64,000 nucleotides of DNA from Octopus sinensis (Eukaryota), in the NCBI RefSeq assembly GCF_006345805.1, contig NC_043001.1, forward strand, positions 2,604,001 to 2,668,000, read 5' to 3'. Within the stretch, counting starts at the first letter, position 1; the number at the start of each line of letters is the position of its first letter. Positions 1-11,926 of the stretch are shown here, one piece after another. The position numbers and the translations under genes are program-made. Below the pieces are notes generated by a model. That model ran no database searches. It was not told the origin of the DNA and saw nothing but the letters and a program-made list of their open reading frames with translations.

Positions 1-219
1 CTTACCATGTGAACCACTCATATCCAGCCCAAATACTCTACCTGTGTTATGTTCAAACTGGTTAGATGTGCATCTTCTCACACCTGCCCTGCAATGTTAC
101 ACTTCAAATAAACGATTGCCTCTTTGAAATCCCAAAGCTAGGAAATAAAATGCGATTAATTCAAATCAATGTGAATAAATATTGTGTTTGACAGGGGAAT
201 CGGAATGGTAAAGGGTTAA
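1..219. mobile_element. TTAA-flanked (piggyBac-like) MITE, left end cut by the window edge
   Basis: Ends ATGGTAAAGGG|TTAA (216-219). The window starts CTTACCAT, the partial complement of that terminus. It aligns along its length with 26464-26688. Confidence 0.7.
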
Positions 220-419
220 GCCATGGAAGTAACTTTATTGCTCCCCCTGGTGGGTTATTGAACAAATGGCTGAATAAACAATCAGGCAAAACTTGAGGAA
301 TTTTATAATGAATTTGACTCTCGTTTCAAGGAAGATCCTTCCCATAAATAAATGATCTGTTGTTATTAAAATGACTTTAAGATAATGAATTTAAATAAAG
401 AGAAACAATTCAATTATTA

Positions 420-850
420 ATTTATAAAGTAATCAGTGTGACATTTTGTAGGACACGCATCACTACCACCACCACCACCATCATCATCATTATCATCACC
501 ACCAGTACCAGCACCAGCGTCACGACAATCACCACAACAATCATCATCATCATCATCATTATCACCACCACCACCATTATCATCATCATCATCACCACCA
601 TCATCTTCGTCATTGTCATCACCATCATCGTCATCCTCATCACCATCATTGTCATCATCATCACCATCATCACCATCATCACCATCATCATCACCATCAC
701 CACCATCATTATCGTCATTGTCATCACCATCATCATCATCCTCTTCACCATCATTGCCATCGTCATCATCATCCTCATCACCATCCTCATCACCATAACC
801 ATCATCGTTGTTGTCATTGTCATCACCATGGTTGTTCTCATCATCATTTA
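420..850. repeat. Compound (ATC)n/(ACC)n microsatellite
   Basis: Directly visible; it generates the poly-D, poly-M and poly-I ORFs. Confidence 0.95.
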
Positions 851-1190
851 ACATCCATTCACCATGCTGGCATCCATTGAATGACTGGGCAGGATGTATG
901 TAGCTGGAATGTTGTATCATATTCCAAACTCTGTATCAACATGGCCTCTACCACTGGATGCCATTCCTAACGAATTTACAGAGCGTAATGGGTGCTTTGT
1001 ATACTGAATTAGACCAAGCAGGGCCACCACAGAACTTGCAAAACTAAGGTCCGTTTCCACTAAGGAATACTATTCTATAGAAGGAGCCTGATGTATTTAT
1101 GCGAAATGTTGAGAAGTTTGAAAGAAGGGCAAAGTTTTGGGTGTGGAGGAAATATGTCCACCTTGCATCACATAAGGGTACATGGGAATA
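850..1190 (-). mobile_element. Degenerate RTE-tail repeat, leader-bearing subfamily (C2)
   Basis: Contains CTGGATGCCATTCCTAACG, a GGGTGCTTT motif and a decayed leader resembling 14130-14280 and 29430-29585. Confidence 0.55.
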
Positions 1191-1450
1191 ATTTGAAAGG
1201 TACTGGAAGAGAGATAAAGGTGATGAGAACAAGGTGCTTGGGTCAGCCTGTGAGGTACAAGAAGGTTAATAGTACAGAGAGTGGGGACAGAAGGGTGGAT
1301 GGGCGGAGAATGCAAGAATGTCTGTGGAGAGTGAGGAATGGTTAGAGATCAAAGAGAAATGCACAACTATCATAATCAGAGTTGTCTCCATTTAACAGTA
1401 TATTTATATGAATATGTATGTAAATATATATATGTGTATATATATATATA

Positions 1451-1490
<40 letters not shown>

Positions 1491-1491
<1 letters not shown>

Positions 1492-2252
1492 CCTCTAACA
1501 ATATCAGAGACCTGGGTGTAATTGTTGATGACGATCTCAGTTGGAGTGCACACATCAACAAGAAGGTTGATATAGCTCGTAGGATGTGTTCCTGGATCCT
1601 AAGAACTTTCCGGTCCAGAGAACAAGGTGTCATCATACCACTTTTTTCCTCCTTTGTACAGCCACACCTTGAATACTGCTGCCCACTGTGGTCTCCTCAC
1701 ACAAGACAAAACATCTCCAGAATTGAGTCACCCCAGAGGGCACTCACGAAACGAATTGAAGGCATGGCTGCTCTCGATTATTGGGATCACCTTAAAGCCT
1801 TGAAACTTTACTCTCTCCAGCGTCGCCGTGAGCGGTACATCATTTGTACGATGTGGAAAATATACCGCCAACTTTGCCCAAGCGACTTAAACATTAGCTT
1901 CAAGGTTCATCCCCTGCCCAATTCAAGATCACAACATACATGTACACTGCAACATAATTTCTTTTCCTCAACAGGCCCTGCCCTATTTAACATTGTCCCG
2001 AGGGAGATCAAAGAGGAAAAGGATCCCATCAACTTTAAACGGAGTCTGGATAGATTCCTTCAAAGAATACCAGATAAGCCACCCATAATTGGATACAACT
2101 CACCCAACAAGAACTCACTACTTGAACATAACTTGATTTAAACAAAACTTGACTTAAACAGGATTCGAATAATCCTATCAGGTGGTGCTATTAAGTTAGA
2201 CATGGCCTGGACCAATCTTTGGTCGAAACATATCTAAGTTTATCTAAGTTTA
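1491..2252 (+). mobile_element. 5'-truncated CR1-clade LINE: ORF2 C-terminus plus 3' UTR
   Basis: Open frame 1491-2141 reads RDLGVIVDDDLSWSAHI...PHLEYCCPLWSP...IESPQRALTKRI...LYSLQRRRERY, typical of the CR1/L2 post-RT region. There is a 3' hairpin GACCAA-TCT-TTGGTC (2210-2224) and a tandem tail (TATCTAAGTT)x2 (2231-2250). It is flanked by (TA)n. Confidence 0.9.
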
Positions 2253-2257
2253 TATAT

Positions 2258-2455
2258 ATCATCATCATCATCAGCGTCATCATTGTTTAATGTCCGCTTT
2301 CCCTGCTAGCATGGGTTGGACGATTTGACTGAGGACTGGCAAGCCAGAAGGCTGCACCAGGCTCTAATCCGATCTGGCAATGATCACACTCGAATGGTGC
2401 TTTTTATGTGCCATCGACACTGGTGCCAGTCAGCGGCCCTGGCAACAATCACACT
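2258..2455 (-). mobile_element. RTE 3'-UTR/tail copy (family C)
   Basis: (CAT)n followed by GTTTAATGTCCGCTTTCCCTGCTAGCATGGGTTGGACG...GGCTGCACCAGGCTC. Confidence 0.85.
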
Positions 2456-2729
2456 CATAATTCAACATACACAGTAAAAGCATAAGCGCTATTGATACTT
2501 TCTTGCTCTGAAGACATGTGTCTAGACAGCTTTTTATAATACACTTTGCCACTGCAAGCGATCCTTGAGCTCTGAAGATTACTCGGAGACACAGGGTGTG
2601 CTATAAAACCTGCCTAGACACGTGTTTCAGAGCAAGGAACTATTAGTAGCTCTTGTGTTTTTACTGCGTATGTTAAATGTTCATTCCACACTGTATTGAG
2701 TTCTTTTTGTTGATCTTGGAACAGCAAGC

Positions 2730-2900
2730 TATGTATATATGTATATATATATGATGATGATGATGATATATATACATATATACATAGCTTGTATGTATGT
2801 ATGTATGTGTGAGTTTGTGTATAGATAGATATGCATATATGTGTGTATATATTATATAAGTATATGGGTGTATACATATATATGTGTGTATATGTATGTA

Positions 2901-2948
<48 letters not shown>

Positions 2949-2965
2949 ATATGTATGTATGTATG

Positions 2966-3010
<45 letters not shown>

Positions 3011-3060
3011 CATATATATAATTATCATCATCATCATCATCATCATCATCGTATATATAT
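2730..3060. repeat. Compound (TA)n/(TATG)n/(CAT)n microsatellite
   Basis: Directly visible. Confidence 0.95.
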
Positions 3061-3499
3061 ATGTTTGAGTAATTGCCAATGTAGACCAACACTAGTTTCC
3101 TCATATCATACTATTTACACTAGAGAGCTGTGCAGGTCTCAGAGTTAGCCAATTAATTAGATATCAATCAATACACTTATTGATTTATGAACTATTTTAT
3201 TGATCTTAAAGGAATAATAACGAAGTTGTCATGGGAAAAGTGTGAACTTGAAAGCCAAAATGAAGGAAAAAATTAAATAAAAATTTAGTTTGAGACTTGT
3301 GTCATATCTGCTGCCTCACTGTTTGTACAAAATGTAAGGGTCTTTGTAGCAAGAAAATCCCTTCAATCACACCCTTCAGGCTTAAGCAAGAAAGAACACA
3401 TGCAATATGAATTTCTTTATGCAAAAATTGAAACATATATTTATTAGAATACATTCTTTCTATGTATTTTGAATAATGTTAGTCTTTGTGGTTTGTGAA

Positions 3500-3815
3500 G
3501 TCATGTGACTTCATGGTTATGGAATTCGGCTCAAGATCATAAGGCCATGGGTTTGATTCTCAGTGATTCATTGTGTCCTTGGGCAAGACACTTCATTTCA
3601 CATTGCTCTGGTCCACTCAGCTGGCAAAAATGGATTGTGCGGGTATTTCAAATGGCCAGCCATGTCATGTTCTGTGTCGCAGTAAAGCTCCCTGAGAACT
3701 ACATTAAGGGTACACATATCTGTGGGGTGCTCAGCCACTTTCACGTGAATTTCTCAAGCAAACTGTTCCTGTGACTGAATCAACTGGAAACTGCATTGTT
3801 TTAACTGATGGAATG
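3500..3815 (+). mobile_element. tRNA-CORE SINE (family D)
   Basis: B-box-like GGGTTTGATTCTC and CORE-like CCTTGGGCAAGACACTTCATTTCAC. The body GAGAACTACATTAAGGGTACAC...CAGCCACTTTCACGTGAATTTC is shared with 40953-41275. Confidence 0.8.
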
Positions 3816-3977
3816 CAATTTGTGGGTTTGAAGCCCTAATGTTTAGCTAAATCAAGGTTTGGCTCTTTTCTTGGGTATCTCAAGTGGAATCCCCACTTTG
3901 GTAAACATTTCAGGTTGATCTCTGGTCCAATGATACTTTCCCCATGATAGTATCATGATGCTTTCCCCAATGATACT

Positions 3978-4204
3978 GCGAGCTGGCAGAAACATTAGCA
4001 CGCCGGGCGAAATGCTTAGCGGTATTTCGTCTGTCTTTACGTTCTGAGTTCAAATTCCGCCGCGGTCGACTTTGCTTTTCATCCTTTTGGGGCCGATTAA
4101 ATAAGTACCAGTTACGAACTGGGATCGATATAATCGACTTAATCCGTTTGTCAGTCCATATTTGTCCTCTCTGTGTTTAGCCCCTTGTGGGTAGTAAAGA
4201 AATA
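3978..4204 (+). mobile_element. tRNA-derived SINE (family B), young full-length copy
   Basis: Head GCGAGCTGGCAGAAACATTAGCACGCCGGGCG, B box GAGTTCAAATTCC, CpGs retained. GATACT on both flanks (3972-3977, 4205-4210) is a possible TSD. Confidence 0.9.
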
Positions 4205-4566
4205 GATACTTTCCCCACTTCTTCCCACTAGTTTTGGGAAAAGCAACAGGGGTGCTGCCCCTTCTTCTCTGGCATTGCTATAAAAGAAGTTGTTGTTTAA
4301 CCCTCGTGTCACCTCTACTAGCCTACTAGACAGGCCTACAATCAAAGATTTATCTAGTTATGACCATCTTTTCTTCTGAAATACTGTACGTTAAGAAATC
4401 TTATCCACTATTTCAGAAGTACAGTGTGGTTTGAGGGAGATCTGGGTGCTATTTCCAGCATGTCAAACCACCACCTAGCGGCTCCTTTTATGTTGATTTT
4501 CTTATTGTTGATGAAAGGTAACGACTTATCCCTTTCAGTGGTTTGACAGACTAAATGTCCTGCATG

Positions 4567-5102
4567 TGTTGCAGCCTCGAGTGTTCTGTGATCCGTGATG
4601 GGGACCGGTTCAGTTGGGCAATGAAAAATGGGTTTCTTGGGCTGTTCAAAGACGCAACTGAACAACGTCAGAGAATATTTAACAGATTTTATTATCGTAC
4701 ATAAAGACAAACTGTGTTGGCCTTTTACAGGTAAAAACAGCAATAATTACAGACTGGGAGACAGGCACAGCTTGGAGTTTACAGCAGGCTGTTGACATGG
4801 CAACGTGCAGCTTACCAAACATAGATGGAAAGAGTTGTGCTATATTTGAGGTGATGGAGGTTCCTGTTCTCTTTCTGTGCCATCTGTCTTAGATGCCTTC
4901 CTGGGTCATGTGGCTAGTAAAAAGGCAAGCCGAAGGATTTGTAAGGGACTGTAAGTTTAATTCTAGAATGTTCGAGAAAACCTGTCCACACCATTACTTC
5001 ATGCTGATTGGTCAGTTAATAGACTAATCACATGAAACTATGGTGGTTTGCTCATGTGGTCTGACCTTGTATCCAGCGATCAGGTTTCAAATCACCACTA
5101 GA
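4567..5102 (-). mobile_element. Solo LTR (copy 1), 536 bp, 4-bp TSD CATG
   Basis: CATG|TGTTGC...CTAGA|CATG. Homologous end to end with 40301-40857 and 46900-47406. AATAAA is present on the minus strand. Confidence 0.75.
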
Positions 5103-5819
5103 CATGGATGGATTATATAATCCAATGTCCTAAATTATAATCTTGGCAGAAGAGACTTTGTTTTTTTTTTCCCAGAGTCCAGGGATTCAATAAATGATGT
5201 ACCAGTCATATACTGAGAACAATTTGATTGTCTTCTGCTAAGAATATCTATAGACTTTCTTTGAATTATGTTCTTAAACTTTGCAAAGGGAAAGATACAT
5301 TGGATTGTATTATCTTATTGGAACTAAAAATGTGGGATAGGCATGGTTGGAAAGCTTTTCAGATCATATGTACATATGTATGTATATATATGTGTATGTG
5401 TGTGTGTATATGTACATGTATGTATATGTGTATACGTTTGCATTTATGCACACACATATATATACATACATAAATACATACATATATGAAAGGATGAAAG
5501 GCAAATAACAAGGAAAGTTACATCTATTGAGAAAGCATCTGTAAGTACACTGAACTTGCTAGAAATAACAGCAAAGTTTTGCTTATACAGTATTGCTTCA
5601 TTGGAAAAATACAAAGGATATGTTATACTATATATTCCTAGACAAGCAACATTAAAACGAAATAAACTGGATGGCCACGACTGGAATGCTTTTGCTCATG
5701 TGTCATCTCAGTTAGAGCTGACCTGTTACCATACAATGACAGCAACAATGATGATGAAAATCTTAAGGCCTTGCTACTTGAATCAATCAGTTTTACCTTT
5801 GCTACTGTAGGCTCTTGTA

Positions 5820-6010
5820 GCCAGGTAAACTTGGCCAGGGATGGTTAAGTGGTTTGTTGTTGAATACAGGTCAGCACCAACAACTGACCGGATATAAACA
5901 ATTGGATATTCAGCTGTCAGTCTGTCATCCCACTGGTTTCATTATCTGCCACTCCACTAAACTTCACTATTCTTTTCCTAATGTCACAACTCAAGCATGA
6001 AATCTGAGAG
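5820..6010 (-). pseudogene. Possible decayed APE endonuclease fragment of an RTE-like LINE
   Basis: With frameshifts it reads roughly DF(N)A*V(G)...GVADNETSG...KFTW, resembling the DFNAxVG/NxNG/TW motifs. Very degenerate. Confidence 0.3.
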
Positions 6011-6869
6011 GAACAACTTTCTACCTGAAAAACCACACCAAATGAGCTCATCAACAGCTGCAAAATTCCGTCTTATTTTTGTTATTTTGGTTTTGTTTCC
6101 TGTGGTGGACTCGAAAAACTGTTGGCTGTGACATCAGATAATGAAGCTCAATACATACATACATACAAGTATAAATACATAGTGCGGAAAATGGGAAAAC
6201 GGACGTTAAACAATGATGATGATGATGATAATGATGATATGTACATATATACATATTTGTATATTATAAATATTTATATACACACATGCACACACACACA
6301 CATATATACATATATAATATATATGTACATACATAAATACATACATATATATATAATTTACACACACTCACATATATGTATGTATATCTAATGCCCCCAC
6401 CATTGGTATCTTTACTAATTAAGCTGATAGGCATTATCAGAAATTGCAAAACAATATTTTTTCACTCAAAGTAAGAATTATAAATTTTACAAAAAAGTTA
6501 ATTAAACTTTAATCTTACCTCCATGATTTTTCATAACACAATCTCAATACTAATTTTCTGAAATAAACTCTTATATTTTCACCTGCAAGGCACTTCAAAC
6601 GGCTCAGCAGACTTAATCTTTATTATCAAAGTTTTCGAAAGAGAAACTCGAGTTTTTCAAATATTTTGTCATCACTCTAATTCTATGTAATTCAATTTCC
6701 AAACAACATAAACTACACATGTATATTAGGACTTAACATTGCACCTGCCACCAAGTAGCTTCAGATTCTTGGTAATCCTTCAGAGGAAATGAAATACTTC
6801 ATGCCAAATATGCGTCGAATAAGACTCAAGTTTTTTGCTCTTTGCCTACTAAATGTTTTCAGCACTGGT

Positions 6870-7095
6870 GATGGTGTCACATAAAGAACACTGGTGCCAG
6901 TGCCACGTAAAAAAACACTGGGGATGCTGCCATGTAAAAAGCACCCTGTACACGAAGGACAAACAGCTAACACAGGCAGTGGAACCTGGTGTGGCACCTG
7001 ACCTTACCAGCTCCTGTCAAACCATCTAAACCATTCCAGCATGGATAACAGACATTAAATGATGATGATGTTGATGATGATGATGAGGAGGAGGA
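6870..7095 (+). mobile_element. RTE 3'-UTR/tail copy (family C)
   Basis: Repeated GTGCCACGTAAAAA-type units, CCATTCCAGCATGGATAACAGACATTAAAT(GAT)n. Confidence 0.75.
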
Positions 7096-8053
7096 GGAGG
7101 AGGATATCAAAAGTTAATGAACCACTTTTAGTGTTTATGGAGTACAGTCAACCATGACCAATGAGTGAATGTGCCTTGGTAGCATGTTTCAGGTTTTTGC
7201 TAATTGTTTTTCAAATGCACCCAAATACACTCTCAGCTCCCTTGCTCAGGACATGCAGGATATGAAATCCGAAGGGGGGGAGAGTGTAGCCCCATCATAC
7301 AGTTATTTCTTGCAGCTGAATAAACTCATGAAATAAAGTCTTTTGTTCAATGTCACAAGGCATCTTCCAAGAACTAGATGTCTTGCAAACAACTTGCACA
7401 TGCAAGTGCTACCAGTTAAAAGCTCCGTATACCGGAAGCCAGCAAGTGTATGGGGTCATCAGGAGAGAATGCGCGCCGTTTCGGGGCCTACCTCTCGACG
7501 GCATCAATGCGCACCGGCCCCCCTCACTGATATGAGGCCCTGCTTGCTAGATCAGCTGCTTATGAAGAACTCAATATACTTCTAGCCAGTGGCTAGCCTT
7601 CTCCACTGTAGATTGGATATCAGTCATGGTGGTATTGACTTTACGATGAGTTAGGCCTAGTGATAACAACAGTCATCATCTAAAACATGATGATGATGAT
7701 GCTTCAAACATGTCAAACCACTCAACTTACATGCCTTCACGTATATTTAGGGCATTGGCAGAGAGTCTATGCAATGCAGAAGATGAATTTGGGTAAGTCC
7801 TCAACTGGCCCTTTTCTAGTTTTTCCAACAAAACATCACCTTATTACATTTATCCTTCACAACATATGGATTTAACCAAACTTCTCAACTTCACTAAGGT
7901 CTGTGGAGGCAAATCACTGCCAATGTTACTGGATTCCATTTATAGTCTAGCTCCTGGTGTTTACCACCTTCTGTAAATGTCTTCTGCTCTAGCACCAGGC
8001 TGACAAATGTCTCATGAGAAAAGTTACTTCACAGAGACTCTACAAGGGTATGG

Positions 8054-8102
<49 letters not shown>

Positions 8103-9649
8103 ATATATATATGTATATTATGTGTGTGAGTGTGTGTACTTTAATAAGAGTTTGAATCAGCACATCATGACTCAGAGCTTTGTGGGAGCATAGGAGACAT
8201 TCATCTCTTCAGGTGCTTGGAGTAGAATAATGATTTTGAGAGCAATTCTACACATCTTCTAGGTGTTAGGCATCGATTTGTCAGCTCAGGTCACATGGCA
8301 TAAATTCTATGAGACTGACACCAGCTATTCTCCATATTTTGAGATCCTTTTATAGAGACAAGACGTTGGCAGGGTTCTGGTGACATTTTGGCCGTGGGCT
8401 GTGACATGGTGTACTCAGCCACATCAGTTCCTTTTATTAGGAACACATATGGTACCACTTATGACAGGGTAGGCATGAATGGAATCTTAACACATTAAAA
8501 GCAACAGTCTTTACATCAGAGTCACCGTATTTGATGTTGGGTTACAAAAGGAGCCGCACAACCTGTATATGATGGGCTGTAGTCTTTGTGTATGGAAGAG
8601 ATTAGATGCTCTTGCATTATGTGGGGAACAGCTAGGCTTAGAGGGGTATATCTGGGTCAAGATTGTCCACTCGTTTTGTTGGTGGATAATGCGAGGTGGT
8701 GGTAGTCTGTTATGGAACCAGAGTTAGCTCTGGTGAGTTACAAGCAAGTAAGGAGGGACCCAATCAGGGAAACCCCGTCAGATGTAACTGAAGTCATTTT
8801 GATGTTGCTGGCTCAAAACAGAGTCTTTTATATACGCACATTTGAAACAGATACATAAATGTGAGATATACACCCACAAATAATATTGTAAAAATCCACA
8901 CACATGCTCTCTCTCTCTCTCACACACACACACGCATTCACAACACACACATGCACATGCACATACACAAACACACACAACACACACACACACACACACA
9001 CACCACACACACACACACACACACAACTCTGAATTTTATATTGGCTGAATGAGATGTGTAAATATAAAACTGAAGAAAATAGGACAAACAGACACTCTGT
9101 GGGAAATGCTTAGGAAAAAAAATGGTGAGGGAGTATCTTAGATTAATAATTAATTTGATTAATAAATAATCACTTAATTAACTGATCAATTAACTAAAAC
9201 AATGTGAGGGAAATGAGAGTAACCACAACGGTCTAATTAATGACATTTATAAAAACACACATCGCCGTTGCAAAAAAGTATGGAGACAATTGGATGGGAA
9301 ATAACGAGTAAAAGACGAGATGGAAGGAAAAAGTAATGAAAAGACCATAAATAAATATAGATAAAAAGAGAAAAGTGTTGAGATGAGGAAAACGAAATGG
9401 AGGGGGAAGTAATTATGGTGACCACCACCAATGAAATCACACAAATGAGAGGAAATGGAGAAGAAATACAATGGATTATGAATGGAGGAAGAGTTAGTTA
9501 ACGTTCCTTTCATGCCTTGCTATCACATAGAGGTCACCCTTATAAGTTCATACATATTAGAATGAAACACACATATTTCTTGCTCACACACTCACGTTAT
9601 CACACATGCACATGCACACACATATTTATGTGTCTCTCTCTGTCAGCCC

Positions 9650-9846
9650 TTCAGGGACCCTTCCGTTCAGGGCTCATGTGAAAAGCACCCAATTACCACT
9701 GTGAAGTGGTTAGCAGCAGGAAAGGCATCCAGCTGTAGAAACCATGTTAGAACAGACAATTAGAACCTGGGCCACTCCCCAGCTGGTCAGGTCCTGTCAA
9801 AGCATCCAATCCATGCCAGCATGGAAAGCAGATGTTAAATGATGTT
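9650..9846 (+). mobile_element. RTE 3'-UTR/tail copy (family C)
   Basis: AGGAAAGGCATCCAGCTGTAGAAACC...CCATGCCAGCATGGAAAGCAGATGTTAAATGATG. Confidence 0.8.
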
Positions 9847-10357
9847 GCTTATATATGGATTCCAAGTTCAATCCCCAGTAAAGGTGACATTTAAATTAGA
9901 ACAAGAAGACTAGGAGTCAGTACTTAGATGGATCTGACTCCCTCAGAGTGTCAGGAACAAACAGGTGAAAACACCTGTTTGATGGGAGTTTTTCTCTGAA
10001 GAAATGTTGGTTGATTGGTGAGGCTGACTTTTCCTGTTATTGATGACATTGTATTGAGAAAAGGGTGGGGAATAAAAGTGAGAAAGAGCTAACATAAGAG
10101 CTGCAAGATTTTACATATGAGGCTTGATGGCAGGCAAGGAGTAAATGAATGGTACACACACAGTGAAATTGCAAGTATCATATATTAAGTGGAGCGACAG
10201 AGTAAATGACTGGGAAGTCATGATGGGAGTTATAAAAACGAAAAAACAGTTTTAATTAATTTCATTGGAAGAGAATTATTACTTTTCTTTTAAAATTTAA
10301 TAAATATTTCTTTTTGTATAAACTCTAAAAATGTTTGTAAAAGTTAGATTATTAACA

Positions 10358-10735
10358 GACATGGGTATGTCCATGTGTTAAAAAGTTTGCTTCGCAGCCA
10401 CATAGCTCCAGTTTCAATCCTACTGGGTGACACTTTCGGTAGGGGCTTTCTGCCACAGCCTTGGGTCAATAAAAGCCTTATGAGCTCGTGAGTAGGTTTG
10501 GTAGATGGAAACTGAAAGAAGCCAGTCATGTGTGTGTCTTTGATTCTGTGTCTGCTCCCCCACCACCACTTCAAAACCGGTGTTGGTGTGTTTATGTCTC
10601 CTTGACTTAGCTGTTCAACAAAACTGACTGATAGAATAAGTACAAGGCTTTAAATTAAATACTTGGGTTGATCTATTCAATGAAATATTCTTGTGCCCCA
10701 GCATGGCCACAATCTAATGAGTAAAAGATAAAGGA
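10358..10735 (+). mobile_element. tRNA-CORE composite SINE (family A), full length
   Basis: tRNA-like head, GGTAGATGGAAACTGAAAGAAGCC, internal (TG)n, 3' half ending CCAGCATGGCCACA...GTAAAAGATAAAG. Confidence 0.8.
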
Positions 10736-10884
10736 TGTTATCTTCTGCCTTGTTTCATGATGTTACCTGCAGAGGCTTTAGGGTTCTTCCAAATATCTAA
10801 GGGGTGAATGTAGTGAGTAATAAACAAAGCTGGTTGATGGTCGATGGTAGGCATGAACTGGTGGTAAGAGTGAGGTTATGGCAG

Positions 10885-11398
10885 TCAATATGATGTCACT
10901 AAACTCTGCTTGCAAAGACCTGTTGAGGCAAGTGAAATCAAAATCAAAATCAAAATCAAATTTGATGAGTGACATCCGTGATAGTGGAGCACTAAGAGCA
11001 CCATCCGAGCATGATCATTGCCAGAGCAGCTGACTGGCTTCCATGCCGGTGGCATGTAAAAAGTACCATTCAAGCGTGATCGTTACCAACGTCACCTTAC
11101 TGGCACTTGTGCCCGTGGAACATGCAAAAATATTCAAACAAGGTCATTGCCAGTGCTGCTGGACTGGCTCCTGTGCAGGTGGCATGTAAAAAACACCATT
11201 TGAGAATGGCCATTGCCAGTACTGCCTGACTGGCCCTTGTGCCGGTGGAATGTAAAAGCACCTACAACACTCTCAAGTGGTTGGCGTTAGGAAGGGCATC
11301 CTGCTGTAGTATTTGAGCCTGGTGCAGGCATCTGGTTCACCAGTCCTCAGTCAAATGATCCAACCCATTGAGAGTGGACATTAAACGATGATGATGAA
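10885..11398 (+). mobile_element. RTE ORF end plus long 3' UTR (family C)
   Basis: AAGACCTGTTGAGGCAAGTGA (ORF end), (AAATC)n, several GGTGGCATGTAAAAA subrepeats, GGTTGGCGTTAGGAAGGGCATCC, (GAT)n tail. Confidence 0.85.
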
Positions 11399-11514
11399 AT
11401 TCAAATTCTCAGCTTCAAGAGCATCCTATCTGTCTGTCGTGGCCTGGAGTAAATAGTTTCCACTGAGAGTATCAAGTGATGTATTGTGTCTGAATGTCTG
11501 TTACCAATAATAAT

Positions 11515-11722
11515 CTTTTCTACTGTAGGCACAAGGCCTGAAATTCAGGGAAGTGATTAAGTCGATTACATCGACCCCAGTACATAACTGGTACTTATTT
11601 AATTGACCTCAAAAGATGAAAGGCAAAGTTGACCTCAGTGGAATTTGAACTCAGAATTTAGCAACACATGAAATACCATTCAGTATTTCATTCAGCATGC
11701 TCATGATTCTGCCAGTTCACCA
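11515..11722 (-). mobile_element. SINE family B
   Basis: GTCGATTACATCGACCCCAG...GAAAGGCAAAGTTGACCTC...GGAATTTGAACTCAG...TCTGCCAGTTCACC. Confidence 0.85.
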
Positions 11723-11724
11723 CC

Positions 11725-11754
11725 TTATCAATAATAATAATAATAGTAACAATG

Positions 11755-11818
<64 letters not shown>

Positions 11819-11868
11819 TAATAATAATAATAACAATGATAATAATAATAATAATAATGATAATGATG

Positions 11869-11925
<57 letters not shown>
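11725..11925. repeat. (AAT)n microsatellite
   Basis: Directly visible. Confidence 0.95.

Positions 11926-11926
<1 letters not shown>

Noticed and set aside
417-920. 167-aa acidic ORF and overlapping poly-M/poly-I ORFs
   Set aside because: Translations of an (ATC)n microsatellite, open in most frames. The same applies to the ORFs at 11.7, 15.3, 18.3, 28.0, 33.0, 39.7 and 44.4 kb.
2205-2235. Hairpin plus GAAAC resembling half a hammerhead
   Set aside because: No CTGANGA core upstream; it is better explained as the CR1 3' terminal stem-loop.
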